Shown here: one piece after another, positions 25,541-38,096 of the stretch
Layout: each line of letters starts with the position of its first letter
Position numbering within the stretch: the first letter of the stretch is position 1
Origin: Octopus sinensis
Lineage: Eukaryota
Reading direction: 5' to 3'
DNA length: 64,000 nucleotides
NCBI RefSeq assembly: GCF_006345805.1
Contig: NC_042997.1
Span: 27,838,001-27,902,000 of the forward strand
The notes under the pieces: model-generated
Seen by the model: only the letters and a program-made list of their open reading frames with translations
Databases searched by the model: none
What the model was told of the DNA's origin: nothing
Position numbers and translations under genes: made by a program

Positions 25541-27550
25541 GATACATTTATCCTGTCAGATAACAGGAAAAGATATCACGAAATTAAAATGCAAAACATA
25601 AACCGCGGTACTCCACAAAATTACAAACACATTAAAGGTTCTAATAAGGAATATCGAGCACATTAGCATCCTTAACTATGGCTATCAACACAGAGAGGTT
25701 CTCGAAGTTTGAAAATTATCATACTACTATGACATAATTCTAACACGAAACTGAAGCAGCATCTGACAGATGCGTCACCTCCTAGGCGTATTTATCTAGT
25801 TTTTAAACATTTTATTTAGAAATACTCAACTTTAACATCCCCAACACGCACATTCCTTCTTCCAACTAGCAACAAGTATTCAGGCATTAATATTTAAAAT
25901 ATGATACACAAGTACAGTATGTTGGAATCAACTTAACTCTGTTCACAATATTCTTTATAGCCCCATTCCTTACTAAGAGAGTAAAACAACATAATACTTC
26001 AAGATCTTATTAAGAATTAACGTACATTAATGTCTATCGAAACCATTTTTCATGTTACTACTCATATGTCAAGTACAGTGTTCACTATATTTAAAACAAA
26101 TACTTTCATACTTTCAACAAATATTTTCAATTTTCAACAATTCTCTTTAATAGTGCGTTTATACATTTACAAATGCTAAATACTGCCCTTATACAACTAC
26201 AAATGCGACTTTCAGCCACATCTTCACGTTGTATCCACATAACACCTATTCTTATCTTAATGTAGCCCTTGGCCAGTATGCAATCTCCTTTCTTACATGT
26301 ATTGAACATCATAGAAGCATCGTAAACTAATAAGAAAATCATTACAATGTTAGATATGTTAGGCTCATGTTTCTCAGCTCTACTCTTGTACGTAGGAATA
26401 TGCAGTGGTAGATGCATTGAACATACCGAAGCACCAGCGGCAACGCCATGCACACAATGAGACGAGTGCATCTACGTTATGAAGAATTCTACTAGAAACA
26501 GTTGCAAAGACATCGTTAAACCACTATTATTGTTGATTGAAAGAAATCACATAAATGATGTAGTTTTAGATATACTGTCTAAAACTAATGCAGGATGGTC
26601 ACTGATTTAACGCTTTTGACACTCTTTTGACCCGGGGCAATACAAAAACAGCAGCGATATCATAAACACATCACTACACAAAAAAGACTTCTATTAGGAA
26701 TAACGTATATTATTCTCCGATGCTGTTAACGCGCACACATTGAATGCACAATAGACAAAAGAAAAGAGCACAGAAACACATTCAGAGAATTGAGTTAATA
26801 TGCTTGAAACAAACAGCATATTAATCAGAAAATACATTCATTATGCTATAATGCCTGTTCAGCATAGCTACCGTCATATAATGTCTGCATAATAAATCTA
26901 ACACACTACAAAAATCAAAAGTAAATAGATAAAATAGTGGCGTCACGTCATTCCATGTTTTACAGTAACCAACTCACACATCGAAGCAACAATGTTCGAA
27001 AACTGACGGACTTGGAGGCGTAAAGAGCAACACAGCATGTTGTCGAAAAGTTGCTTTGACTTGTACTGCATCGATATCAACCCACTGGACACCTGAAACA
27101 ACGTGCAGTACCATCCTAAAAATATTTCTGTCACACTGGCTAAATAATAACTGAATGCATATTCACAGAAAAATATGTCTGTCACAAATTACACTACACA
27201 AACACGTGATCACACACACACACAGACACAGACATACACGCAAAGACGTGCACGCGCGCTCAAACACAAAGACACACGCACATTTACAAAAACATACACA
27301 CTCTTCTCGGAAACACATGACTAGAAACATATGCAGTATCACAACAGTTGTTACCAAGAATCATACTTCCTCTAAAACAATACACAAGTAGACGAATACG
27401 TTGGTGTACCTATACATAATCGCAATGGGCACTGAAATACATCTAGTCCGGGTCCAGTGCCAAACAGTAGGAACAAATTGGGGATTTTCTTGGGCGCTAA
27501 AATTACGTGTGCTATGAAAACTAAGAAACAATTTTTTGATCCAACACTAA

Positions 27551-27675
27551 ACATTTCTGAAACAGAAGTTGGTATGTCGGGTAAAGAACAGAGCCGTGTA
27601 GTGTTTATTCCCTATCACATGATTTGGGTTGAAACTTTTCACTTGTTGGCTGATATCATATTTACTCGGTGATAC
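27551..27675 (-). CDS. Candidate terminal exon followed by a long 3'UTR-like region (to ~22610)
   Basis: ttgttttatagtgatag acceptor region; frame VSPSKYDISQQVKSFNPNHVIGNKHYTALFFTRHTNFCFRNV*; AATAAA on the minus strand at 22625-22630; no homology recognised. Confidence 0.2.
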
Positions 27676-27744
27676 CTATCACTATAAAACAATAGATATT
27701 TAAGGAAGGAATAAGGCTCAGTTCAATATTTAGGTGATGAGGAA

Positions 27745-27892
27745 TTATGTACATTATTTATATTTGACGGATATTCGTCCCCATCTTGTTCGTTGTTAAC
27801 ACAACCTTTCGGCTGATATACTCCCCAGCCTTCATCGGGTGTCTTGGGGGAAATTTCGAACTTGGGCTCTCATTCCTAATGTATTTTTTCGA

Positions 27893-27928
<36 letters not shown>

Positions 27929-28046
27929 CATTACAATTATTCATCCCCAAGACACCTGATGGAGGCTGGAGGGTGTATCATCCGAAAAGTTGTGTTAACA
28001 AACAAGACGAGGACAAATATGCGTCAAATGTAAACAATGTAAATAA
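27745..28046. mobile_element. Family E inverted (head-to-head) pair with two hammerhead-like motifs
   Basis: Minus copy with motif at 27798-27843, (TTA)n spacer, plus copy with motif at 27951-27996. Confidence 0.8.
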
Positions 28047-29289
28047 GAAATAATGTTGGTAGTCATCAGAGTGATTTTCAATCAGTTCTTCAACAATCCA
28101 GAATAACTTGAACTCCCTTCTAAAAATTAAGAAAGAACTTGCCATCTCTACAGTATTCCTCTTTCCAGTACTATGGCATCAAAGTTGTGGACAGAAATAT
28201 TTAAATTGAGTAATATGGTCTTTGGCACAGTTATCGGCAAGGTCGATAATAATATAAATTATAATCTTTCATTGGTGACATTGAACACCGTTGGCTCAGC
28301 CACCTGTGGCTCTTACCATAATGCATATCTTCATAACTGAACCTATATTTTAAGAGGAAAATATACAGATCATTGTATGATATACAACCTTCGTAGAAGC
28401 ATTATCAGTATTATTTTAATTTTATTATATTTGAACAGAAGTTTAAATTACCCCTTGCTTACAAAGATTACTACATTAATAAGATACGGCATGAAAAAAT
28501 AAACTTTAGCAACAATGGTATTATGCCGTATTACATGAAATTAAGCTAATATACATAGAAATAAAGAAATAATTTCAATTTAATTAACATCGAAATTAGT
28601 GTTCACCGGAGTTGTGTGATTGAACAAATAGAGTAGTTCAAGTTCTGTTTCTTTACTTCTTTTGTTATTTATTTGGCTTCTTAATTTTAGATACACTTCT
28701 TTCTTTTTATACGACTTCGTTAAAGTTTTGTTTTCGCTATTTGTATTGTAATTCTCATTGTGTTCACCTTTAATTCCCGTATTTCTTCTGTTAACTCTTT
28801 CATTTCCGTTCTTTATTTTTAAGCTTTCTATTTTCGTTTTCAACTATATTCTATGTGTTTATTTCAACCATTAACTTCTCAATTTATTTTCCTTCCTTCG
28901 ATACATGCTTTATAACTGGCAGCCTTCAGTGTACAAAAATAATTTTCATCCGAATTGTTAAGTTAAAACTACTGAAAATTCCACTTCCACTTGGAAAATT
29001 GCTAACAAGAAAGATTTTTATTTAATTGCTTAATGGAAACAAAAGTTTCTGTTTACTTCATACGGATTACAGACTTTAGCAATGAAAACAAGACTCTCAA
29101 AAACACTTATTTGTTTTTCTGTTGTTACAATATATTCTTTAAAATATACAAATATTGGTTTAAAGCCATACCACATCGCTATTACCATCAAATTGCCAGG
29201 GGCAGCATCAGACAAACCGGGCATATACCTTGTATCTGTTACTTGTTTTGGTCTTTAAACTGCGGTCATGGTGTGTCACCACCTAAGAG

Positions 29290-29608
29290 AAATTTAGTCG
29301 AACGCATAGACCACAGAAAATATTCTTTCAAGCCAGGCCCTTATTCAGTTCTCTCCTGTCAAATAGCTAAGTTACGGGGATGTTAACACATTAATATCGG
29401 TTGCTAAGCGCAGTGTTGGAGGACAAACACAGAAACATATACATACATACATATATATATATATGGCTTTCCTTTAGTTTTCGTCTGCCACATCCAGGAT
29501 TTGGTCGCCCCCAGAGATTAGTAGGAGACACTTGCCTAAGGTTCCACGCAAAGAGACTGAACCCGGAACCACTTCTTACCACTTCTTACCACACAGCCAC
29601 GCCTGTGC
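29290..29608 (-). mobile_element. SINE family B, diverged
   Basis: Reverse-complement head cacacagccacgcctgtgc and ttcagtttccgtctgccacatcc-like core. Confidence 0.7.
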
Positions 29609-29667
<59 letters not shown>

Positions 29668-30445
29668 GACACACACGAACTTATAATGCTCGAACTGATA
29701 ATCATTTATTAGTGTGTATTTGCTCATGAAGAATGATTGCTTGTTTATAAATTTCAAAATACTTTAGAATAAAGTGACTTTTGTGAGTCAAAATTATGCT
29801 TGGAGATGATTTCTCCTTATATGTATTAAACAAATATACCGTTGTAAAGATATACGGAAAAATTCTTATCTTCCAAATAAAACAAAAATATTTCATAACT
29901 TTGCAATCCCTGTTAGTACCAAATAACTCCTTCGAATTAGATTGTTATGAATATAAAGTACACTTCAGCCTTATGATGTTAGAATTATCGCTTTAATGCT
30001 GGACATAAGATTAGCACTACAAGCTCTCGAAACACTTGCTGGTTTAAATAGAGACATGGACTTGAGATTAGAGAAATGGATTTGCTCTGTTCGAGTTCTT
30101 GAAATGGACTTGCTCTATCGAGTGCTCTGTTCTTTGAATAGTATCGCAATATTTTGAAAAGCAAACGTATATTATGCTGATTGAGCAATATAAATTTCTC
30201 ATGGAGAGGTTTGTTACTTAAACTGGACAAACTTAATAACATTGATTGTTTGAATGGAATCGTTAGCGAGTAAATCAGGTTTATATTTAAACTTGAAAGG
30301 TATTGGTCTTATTGTTACTAATAAAATTAGAAATTCTATATTTCCTATTATATAATTTTATACACTTTCTGTCGGCCTTGACACATTTCCTGTGTCCTCA
30401 TGTTTACAAAGGGGAGACAAGCACCCCCATCCAGCTAAGCCTGCA

Positions 30446-30487
30446 TCCAAAGACGTGTTTCTGAGTCTTGCTCGTCATCAGTCTGGA
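30446..30487 (-). ncRNA. Minimal type I hammerhead ribozyme-like motif
   Basis: Minus strand tccaga-CTGATGA-c-gag-caaga-ctc-a-GAAA-cacg-T-C-tttgga: 6-bp stem I, GUC site, C.A mismatch at the base of stem II. Confidence 0.65.
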
Positions 30488-31668
30488 GTAGCATGGCTTA
30501 CTAGCAGGTTGAAGATACCTGTCTAGACTTTGCAAACATATATAATTTCAGTGAAGTAAATTCACTGATCACAAAAAGGCCGACAGGAAGCGTTGATGCT
30601 TCCTAGGGCTAAATAGCGGTGGTGTTATTCCCTTTATGGGACTGTCACGTTAAATTGACAGTATACAACTGTTTTATCGTTCACCACTGCTTATATCTCT
30701 CTGAGATATTTAGAAATGTAATATTTCTAATTTTATACAATTTTAATAAAAAAAATGCGTCAACATGTTCTTCTCGGAATAATGTCACTGTTTCGAGTCC
30801 GAAATGAAATAAGTTAGAGCTTTCTGTGGGGAAGGAGGTACTTTAAATAATCAAATTAGAATGTGAGAACCTAAAGCGACGTTTGAAATGCTGTATTCTA
30901 TTTCGTCTGTCTTTCGAACGATTCTTCCAAATCATCGTCCTTCTCAACAATTATATTGATTTCAAACTTACGTACAAGGCCACATACCTTGAGGAGAGAT
31001 ATAATCTATTACATCTAGTAACTCGACCGGCAATTTAATTTTGGAAAAATGAAAACGATCCGGGAACAACAGGAGGCAAAATTGACCTAAGTGAATTTTG
31101 AACTTAAAATTTTCTTTTCAGATGGAATCTAAAAAAATAATGTGTAGTCAGGTAATGATTCGATTTAATTGACTATATAATCCCATTCCTCAAAAATAAG
31201 TGGCTTTACTCCAATGTTATGAAAATCAATACCACTCAATACTCTTACTTAACAAAGTGATGCTTTATGTTGAGAGTTACGAATGTGGAAGGTTTGCCTC
31301 CATAACGTGGTTCAGAGTATGAATATCATAAGAAACGTTAGAGATTTCAGCAGGTGTAGCAAGTTCTCAGACGTAGCCCGCAGGGAACATTGAGGTCCGC
31401 TGTAATTTTACAACAAACAGAGCATAGTTTTCATAAATCTACAACCACCCTTGAAGGAAATAGTTTGTTGTGACATTCATATTTTGTCTAGAGAGATAAT
31501 GAAATAAACGAAGAGATTTGCTTTCAAGCGGAAATTGGAAACAATCATGAACTTGGTCAAGTGTCTGATTATGTCTGCTAAGTTTTCATATCACTGTATC
31601 TATCAAAATGTCACAGACACACAAACACACATACACAGACACACAGACAGACACAAACACAGACACAA

Positions 31669-31847
<179 letters not shown>

Positions 31848-32050
31848 CATACATACATATATACCATGATAGGTCGCTAGCCACTACACATTCTTTATGT
31901 TCTCTCCTTGTTTCTTTCTGTGTTCCTTTCTGTGGAAGAGCGTAGGCCGAAACGGTAAAGACTTTTTTCACTTCCCGGGGGTTATACTAATACATCTGTT
32001 TGTTGTCTATACCACTTGTCTTCGTCTTTTGTTTTTTGGGGAATTCTCCC

Positions 32051-32124
<74 letters not shown>

Positions 32125-32335
32125 GTTAATCCAACATGAACAAAGAGAAAAACAACAACGCAAGCCAACTCTCTATGTATGGGATCTTCCATTTTTTCGG
32201 GGCGGTGGGTCAGGTTGGGTTGATGCCACGTGCATTTAACAGGAATGTCGAGGTAAGGGTAGTTTGATGTTTGCATCGTTCTAAGAGCTCAGTGTTATGT
32301 TTTATGTAGTAATGAGGGTAGTTTATGTATAGAGC

Positions 32336-32366
<31 letters not shown>

Positions 32367-32399
32367 ATTTAGTTGGTGGTAAGTGTGTGTTCTTTGTCT

Positions 32400-33300
32400 T
32401 TTACATAAATGGTTGCTGATATCTCATTGGATCTCCTGGCTTAGGTCGGCCTCCATATTTTCTAAATAAATTAGTAAAAAAGAATTGCCTGTTTGGTTTG
32501 ACACTTGGTCAGATAATACTTAGTTCACGTTTATGCTATTTGGTGCTATGGTTCTGCCTTCACTGTTTGGTTGTAGGCGCTGAAATTTGGTTGTATTTTG
32601 TTTTTGTTGTCGTAGGTCTTCTCTCTTACTGTTTATATTTATTTTCGATCGTTTTGTGCCCTTCAGGTGGTGGTCGCATAATGGGTTCAAGCAGCGGTTG
32701 AAAGTTATGGTGAAATTAAGCGATAAAATGATTTAATCATAAAAGACATAGCTGTTCTGGTGTCTGGGTTAAAAATCATTAAGGAATAAGTTCTCAAGTG
32801 TCAGTTTGAATTATGTCATATTTAAAATTTGTTGAGTAGATGTATTTTATGCCAGAATTGGTCCTGCAGCGTGACACCTTGTATAAGTGCCTTCTAGTGC
32901 TGATTGAAATTTGGTAAACAAAAATTATGTAGAAGTTCTTCGCATAGGCAAACTCTCTTGTTTGATTATCATGTGTCCCATGAGTCAATTTCATACTATA
33001 TTGAGCTTTTAAACTCTATCAAACAGTCATGGTAGATGGAGTTCTTTTTAACGGATAACAAGTAGAATACAATGCGGTTTTCTATATCCAGTTTTACTAA
33101 AAATTTTCATGACTATTTATGTATTTGAATGCGAATAAGAAAATGTTTAATTCGTCTTTTGGTATCCACTGATGATTTCAATCTTGTGTAAATTTTCCAA
33201 GGAAATATGATCCTGGTGTAGACAAGGAACACTCAACTTTCTGCCTTGCCATTGTGAAAAAAGGACAAAATAAAAATCTCTCAACTAGAAACCGATCGCA
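32400..33300 (-). pseudogene. Decayed Penelope-like 3' region (GIY-YIG C-terminus)
   Basis: Frameshifted RVCLCEELLHNF...ISTRRHLYKVSRCR resembles the C..C..E...I...LN.RSEL...CRH tail of PLE endonucleases. Confidence 0.4.
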
Positions 33301-34499
33301 TGTCACAAGGATGGCCTATTGAAACTTTATCATTTCTTAACAGTGGTTGAAACTTGTGGTGAAGTTAGGTGATAAAAATGATTTAATTATAGAGAACATA
33401 GCTGTTCTTGTGACTGGGTTAAAAATCATTATGGAATATTTTTAATGCAGCTGAAATTTCAAGACATCGAAAATTGCAGGTCTCTAATCACAGAACAAAG
33501 TATTTGAAAGATAAAGTAATTTCAAATTGACAGCTGTTAATCCTTATCGAATGAAATAAGACGGAGTTGAATCAACCTTTCAAAGCTTAAATGTGTTTTG
33601 TATATAATCGCTAGTTTGAATATATTTAATGAGTTTTAGCATTTAAGTCGTGACAAATGTTTCATATTTTTAAATATATAAAGAAATAAAAATACAATCA
33701 GTGAATGAAAAAACAGCCATAAATTACTCGAAGACAGTTTTGATATTAATAATTATTGTATTTTAACGAATTTACTGCAATTTTGAAATTTAAAATTATT
33801 CTATGTTTGACATTCATTGACGTTAATGCAACAAATTAATAATTCATTCATGTTTCTAATCAACAAAGCCATTTCTAGTTAACTATTCAGCATCATTTCA
33901 AATAAAAACTGAGATGAAGGTTCGCAGAATTTTCTAACACATAGCGTTATGCCCAGTGTCCGCCTCCGCGAAGTGAACAAAGGAATTCATCAATTATTCC
34001 AGCGATCTATTATGGCCAACGTTCTGTCATTTCTGTTTGCATTCTCCTATCGTACAGAACCCCACCCCCGCAGATATTCCTCATTGTTTTCGAGCAGTGT
34101 TATGATAGCATCCTGTGCTAATATTATACCGACAGAATTTTTCTTTCGACCATTTTTCTTTATCAATATTGCATACATAGTTACCCTTAACTGCAAAAAT
34201 ATCTTTGCTCGATACCCCTACTTTTTTTATTAGAGAATGTAGGCATTTTTTGCTCTTTGTATACTGTTAAAGTTCATTTATATATGATAGTTGTGACAAC
34301 CAAGCAGGTCTGTATTTTCTGAGTATACTTGTCAGAGTGATTAACGCAGTAATAGAAAGAGCGGGTCTACTTGGAATATCCACTTGTATATTTTCACATT
34401 TCATAACGTTTAGTTTGAGTATGTTAATTCTATTTCCTATGATTTCATTGATTTTTCTTAAAAACAAAACAAAACAAAAACAAAATTAAAAAATTTCAT

Positions 34500-35480
34500 T
34501 TTCTTATTAACTCCATGCAACTTCGGGTTCTTCAAGAGCCAGCAGTATGGAATATCATCGCAAGCTATCTTGCAGTCTGTCAACAGCTTAGCCTCATCTT
34601 CCATATTCGAACGTCACTTGATATCATGGTGTCAATAGACAGCAGACCTGCGTCCCTTTTGTTCCTCAATTAATAGATAGTTTCTTTTACCCCAGGAAAC
34701 CATATATGATACTTCATGTATCGCTATGAAGACAGTTAATCTTTATATATAAAAGAGAGGTTGTGTGCTGTCTGTCTCCTACGATTTAGATTCCTAACTA
34801 CTCCCACATTTTGCGGTGCAGTTTAACCAAAACCGAGTATCTTATAGTCGTGATTCATATCGAGCCCTTCTCGGTATTAGCGCGCGTCTACGATGAGTTT
34901 ACGATTTAAAAAAAAATTACCATCAATTTTCCCATTGTTTAATGCATTTTTGGCATATATAAGGGAAGTAACTCTCTAAAAATTTATTATTAAATCTCAG
35001 AACGTAAAAAGCTACAGTAACACCCCCCTTTGTGGTTAGCCATATTGAGATGGCTATTATACTTTACATCTCTAAAAATGCTTATATAGTTATTTCCCTT
35101 ACAAACCCGAGCAACGCCGGGCGATACTGCTAGTAAGTTATAGAGTAATAAGAAACGCGTAATACGTCATTAAATATTGATTGCCTATCCCTGTTTTTGG
35201 TCTTTCTCTATTAGGACTGTCTTTACGTTTGTCATCAATGCTGATAGTCCATTATCTATAGGCAATAAAAAACAGTTGCATGTAGTTGCACATAGATTTT
35301 AGTGAAAATCCTTGAACACCATCTGGCACCATGACCTTTCCAATTCTCTTCTTAGGCATCACATTCAATTTGTCATCTCTAAAAGTTATGTTCTCATGTT
35401 TTAATCTGTTTTACGATTCATTTTAAAATTTCTATTACCAGTCTGCCTTCCTTTCACCCTCTTATGATGAATTTCTTCAA
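34500..35480 (-). pseudogene. R4/Dong-type reverse transcriptase relic interrupted by a Helitron
   Basis: Broken translations NWKGHG/PDGVQGFSLK (NWK.PG.DG.QGFW) at ~35300-35350 and IEEQKGRR...DCKIACDDIPYCWLL (EEQKG...DY.KAYD.VPH.W) at ~34530-34680. Confidence 0.6.
34740..35133 (+). mobile_element. Non-autonomous Helitron (394 bp)
   Basis: A|TC...cccgagcaacgccggg...CTAG|T; homologous to 9465-9858. Confidence 0.85.
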
Positions 35481-35666
35481 ATATAAACCAAATGTTCCTT
35501 GCTACTTCTGCATTCGACACACTTTATTCTCCTGTTTTTTATTTTTATTGCTCAGTTGCTGGTAAAATTTCCTGTCATTATTTCTGGTGAGCAATTGCTG
35601 TTGGTATTGGTTTATTCTTTATTGTTGTTGTTGCTGTTAATATCGCTGCTGTTATTGTGGTTGTTG

Positions 35667-35709
<43 letters not shown>

Positions 35710-35866
35710 GCGCAGGAGTGGCTGTGTGGTATCTTGCTTACCAACCACATGGTTCTGGGTTCAGTCCCACTGCGTGGCAACTTGGGCGAGTGTCTTCTAC
35801 TATAGCCACGGGCTGACCAATGCATTGGGAGTGGATTAGGTAGACGGAAACTGAAAGAAGCCCGTC

Positions 35867-35926
<60 letters not shown>

Positions 35927-35975
35927 CACTGTGTTTGCCCCTCCATCGCTTGACAACCGATGCTGGTGTGTTCTA
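35710..35975 (+). mobile_element. SINE family B, 3'-truncated
   Basis: Family B head and core; followed by a partial family C-like tail at 35975-36115. Confidence 0.8.
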
Positions 35976-36132
35976 TGTTTAACTTCCGCCATTGTCGACT
36001 TTACCTTTCATCCTTCCGGGGTAGATAAAATAATTATCAGTTGAAGACTGGGGTCGATGTAATCGACTTTTCCCCTCCCCCGAAATTGCTGCCCTTGTGG
36101 CAAAATTTGGAACCATTATTATTATCATTATT

Positions 36133-36319
36133 GAGTGAGAGAGCAGTGCATGCCATCAAAGTAACACTGGTTAAGGTGAAACGACTGACAGGCAAACCTG
36201 TGGTATTGAGTAGAATATTTGCTGTAGCCCATCTTTTATACCAAGACAAAACAATGTACATGATAACACTTCCAATCAGTTAAGTTCAGAAGCAATGAGA
36301 GCCAGTGTGTGGTACTGCA

Positions 36320-36320
<1 letters not shown>
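36133..36320. mobile_element. Family D, internally deleted copy in (TTA)n
   Basis: Matches both ends of 36363-36915; 359-bp deletion between two actgg pentamers. Confidence 0.85.
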
Positions 36321-36362
<42 letters not shown>

Positions 36363-36915
36363 GAGTGAGCGAGCAGAGCATGCCATCAAAGTGACACTGG
36401 AGTAAAATATACGAAGCCCAGTATACTCATCAAGACTACCCGTCTGATAAGGGTACACCAGGCACATGCATCCCAACCATATGTGCGCGACATGGTGATC
36501 TCATATCAAGATAACAGCACATGACCTTGTAGGTGGAGCCCAGTTAGAATTTTCTTCTGGTCGAGTAACCCATGCCGCTCAAAAGGTCCCTGAATAAGGG
36601 TTGTTTAAGGATGTTGAACGAAACACCCATGTTTCCAGAGGTGAATTATTCAAACCCCAAAGAATCCCTCTCAATACATGGCTATGATGCTCCCCCACTA
36701 CTTCTGCTTGTGATTAGAGATGCGCATATTGTCAGCCACTAAGGGACATGCTCAACTGGTTAAGGTCAAACAACTGACAAGCAAATCTGTGGTATTGAGC
36801 AGAATATTTGCTGTAGCCCATCTTTTATACCAAGAGAAAACAATGTACATGATAACACTTCCAATTAGTTAAGATCAGAAGCGACGAGAGCCACTGCCTG
36901 GTACTGCATCAGGGC
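36363..36915. mobile_element. Family D: ~550-bp non-coding element flanked by TAA/TTA microsatellite
   Basis: Further copies at 50255-50327, 50420-50950 and 54430-54916; all abut (TTA)n or (TAA)n. Confidence 0.85.
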
Positions 36916-37005
36916 ATTATCATTATTATTATTAATAATAATAACAATAACAATAACAATAACAATAATAATAATAATGATAATAATAATAATAATAATA
37001 ATGAT

Positions 37006-38017
37006 GTATTTAAGGAAGCTGACAAATACAAACAAGAAATCATACCACCTAATAAACACAAAGAAGAAGAAGAAGATGATGAAGAAACAACAAAAGCTAT
37101 AAAACAAATGAAATCCAAACTAAAAATAGAACAGCAACGAGCCATGATAAAACGATGGCAAGAAAAGCCCCTTCATGGTAAATACTGGACTAAACTAAAT
37201 GCAAAAGAAATAGACAAAGAAAAATCACAGCAATGGTTGAGAAGCTCAGGACTCAAAGCAGAGACAGAGGGATTTTTAATTGCAGCACAAGACCAAAGCC
37301 TCCCCACCAGAAATTACCCAAAACATGTAATGAAAAGAAATATTACAAGTAACTGCAGAATATGTGGAGATGGACAAGAAACAATAAATCATATTATCTC
37401 TAGCTGCCCAGTCCTGGCTAAGAAGGAATATATTCACAGACATGACAGAGTTGGAACCTACATACATTGGAAGCTATGCCAACATTATGGAATAACAACA
37501 GAAAAAAGATGGTATAGGCACACACCAGAAAAGGTCACAGAAAACGAGAAAGCAACCATACTCTGGGATATGCCGATACAAACAGATAGAGAAATTAAGG
37601 CCAACAGACCAGATATAGTCGTCAGAGATAATGAAGAAAAAAAATGCTTTCTAATTGATGTATCAATACCGGCAGATGACGACGTGTCTCTAAAAGAAAT
37701 GGAGAAACTCTCAAAATACAAAGACCTGGAAATAGAGATAACTAGAATGTGGAACCTGAAAACAGAAACAATTCCTATCATAGTAGGTGCATTAGGCATG
37801 ATAAAAAAATATTCAGACAAATACATAACAAAAACACCAGGACTTACAAACACATATAACATACAGAAAATTGCACTACTAGGCACTGCACACATCCTAC
37901 GCAGAACACTTTCCATACAATAACCATCAGAGCATCACAACAAATCACAGCACATACCCAAGGCACACAGAGCTGCGCTCGGTAGTGAAGTGAAAGCACG
38001 CTATAAAAATAAAACTA

Positions 38018-38020
<3 letters not shown>
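37006..38020 (+). mobile_element. 5'-truncated R4/Dong-type non-LTR retrotransposon in (TAA)n
   Basis: Open frame from 37006; ~100-bp 3'UTR; (AAT)n on both sides. Confidence 0.9.
37108..37923 (+). CDS. C-terminal CCHC zinc knuckle + restriction-like endonuclease (RLE) of an R4/Dong-type retrotransposon; uninterrupted
   Basis: CRICGDGQETINHIISSC (CCHC), RHD, ANRPDIVV...LIDVSIP...EKLSKY (PD-(D/E)XK), PIIVGALG, LLGTAHILR. Confidence 0.92.
   Translation: MKSKLKIEQQRAMIKRWQEKPLHGKYWTKLNAKEIDKEKSQQWLRSSGLKAETEGFLIAAQDQSLPTRNYPKHVMKRNITSNCRICGDGQETINHIISSCPVLAKKEYIHRHDRVGTYIHWKLCQHYGITTEKRWYRHTPEKVTENEKATILWDMPIQTDREIKANRPDIVVRDNEEKKCFLIDVSIPADDDVSLKEMEKLSKYKDLEIEITRMWNLKTETIPIIVGALGMIKKYSDKYITKTPGLTNTYNIQKIALLGTAHILRRTLSIQ

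Positions 38021-38096
<76 letters not shown>

Noticed and set aside
31122-31151. 30-nt plus-strand exon MESKKIMCSQ with a strong acceptor
   Set aside because: It adjoins a decayed SINE and no compatible downstream exon was found
31249-31399. Minus-strand exon-like segment with good splice sites
   Set aside because: Stops in all three frames
33169-33216. CTGATGA...GAAA as a hammerhead
   Set aside because: No stem II, and the NUH/stem I register is broken
33949-34233. piggyBac-like transposase relic (IDEFLCSLRG)
   Set aside because: Single weak motif, stop-ridden
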